A stretch of DNA of 64,000 bases. Source: Acanthaster planci (Eukaryota). The stretch is from positions 1,357,210-1,421,209 of the forward strand of contig NW_019091357.1 of NCBI RefSeq assembly GCF_001949145.1, given 5' to 3'. Each line of letters starts with the position of its first letter. The first letter of the stretch is position 1. Shown piece after piece: positions 63,301 to 64,000 of this stretch. Under the pieces are notes generated by a model. That model was not told the DNA's origin, searched no databases, and was given only the letters and a program-made list of their open reading frames with translations. Position numbers and translations under genes: made by a program.

Positions 63301-64000
63301 CTTATTAGCTTAGACAAAATTGCATTGTCCATAAACTGTAGGGAAAGACCGGATGCCGCCATCCATAGAATCGATGGAGGAAAAGAAGAAATCCCACACG
63401 GGGGATGCACTCCTAGATTACTATCTGACGATGTACATTGATGGGAAGGAGATCACGTGGTACAGTGAGGTCAACAATAGGGACAAGCTAATGGAGGTGA
63501 TGAAAGGTACGGTACCATCGAATGCCAAAAGGAGCAGTTCTAAAACTAGACATTTCAATCATTTTTGGTTCGAATATAACATTAACTTTTAAATGAAACA
63601 TATCTCATCTACTTTTTCACAGACTATCTCGCTATGATGCTCGAAGCTGACGTACAAGTGAGATGGGATGACGTCAGCAAAAAGAAAAATGGCACAGCCG
63701 TCATATCTCCGAAGCCTACCACCCCGTCCGATATCACTTTGTCTGATTGGCTCACCATAGTCGCCCATTACTCTAACAAGGGCGTAAAGTTGAACTTCCC
63801 CGACACCAAGTCCCTTATGTATGGCGTGCCCGTGCTGTCAAATATGAAGAATATACTCCACGCCCCTGTGTGGGTTCACGCTGACATCTTGCCAGGGCCC
63901 AATGGCAACACAGTTGTTTCTGTGAATGTCGAGGATTTCATCAAGATGACTAGGTCAAGTCTATTACCTAAACTTTCTCTCTCGCTAGGCTGGTCCTCGG
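60346..64000 (+). CDS. FAM151/menorin-family protein (PLC-like phosphodiesterase fold) with N-terminal membrane anchor; runs off the window end
   Basis: Exons: 60346(or 60514/60538)-60646 (TM LLVVLIVCSTVVSMILF), 63146-63208, 63342-63506 (DGKEITWY), 63623->64000 (MLEADV, SDITLSDWL, NKGVKLNF, PVWVHADILPGPNG, SLGWS). These match FAM151A/B motifs. Confidence 0.85.

Overview
Eukaryotic (metazoan, probably marine invertebrate) genomic DNA: about 40% GC, GT-AG introns and two assembly gaps (9461-9599, 30793-30896). The window is gene-dense, with ten protein-coding genes whose exons I reconstructed by hand from splice sites, phase continuity and recalled homology. In order: PARPBP/PARI (+), TRNAU1AP/SECp43 (-), PAK1IP1 (+, head-to-head with TRNAU1AP), HS3ST1/5-like sulfotransferase (+), CIB1-like (-), an SLC16/MCT transporter (+), RCC1 (-), SF3B5 (+), PIGY (-) and a FAM151/menorin-family gene (+, truncated by the window end). 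Non-coding highlights are a 150-bp tandem array of tRNA-like Pol III units between convergent gene ends, several small MITE families with visible TIRs/TSDs (including TTAA-flanked elements with telomere-like termini), and an unexplained exon-like island in SLC16 intron 1. There are no prokaryotic systems or CRISPR arrays. All homology calls come from memory of protein families, not from searches.
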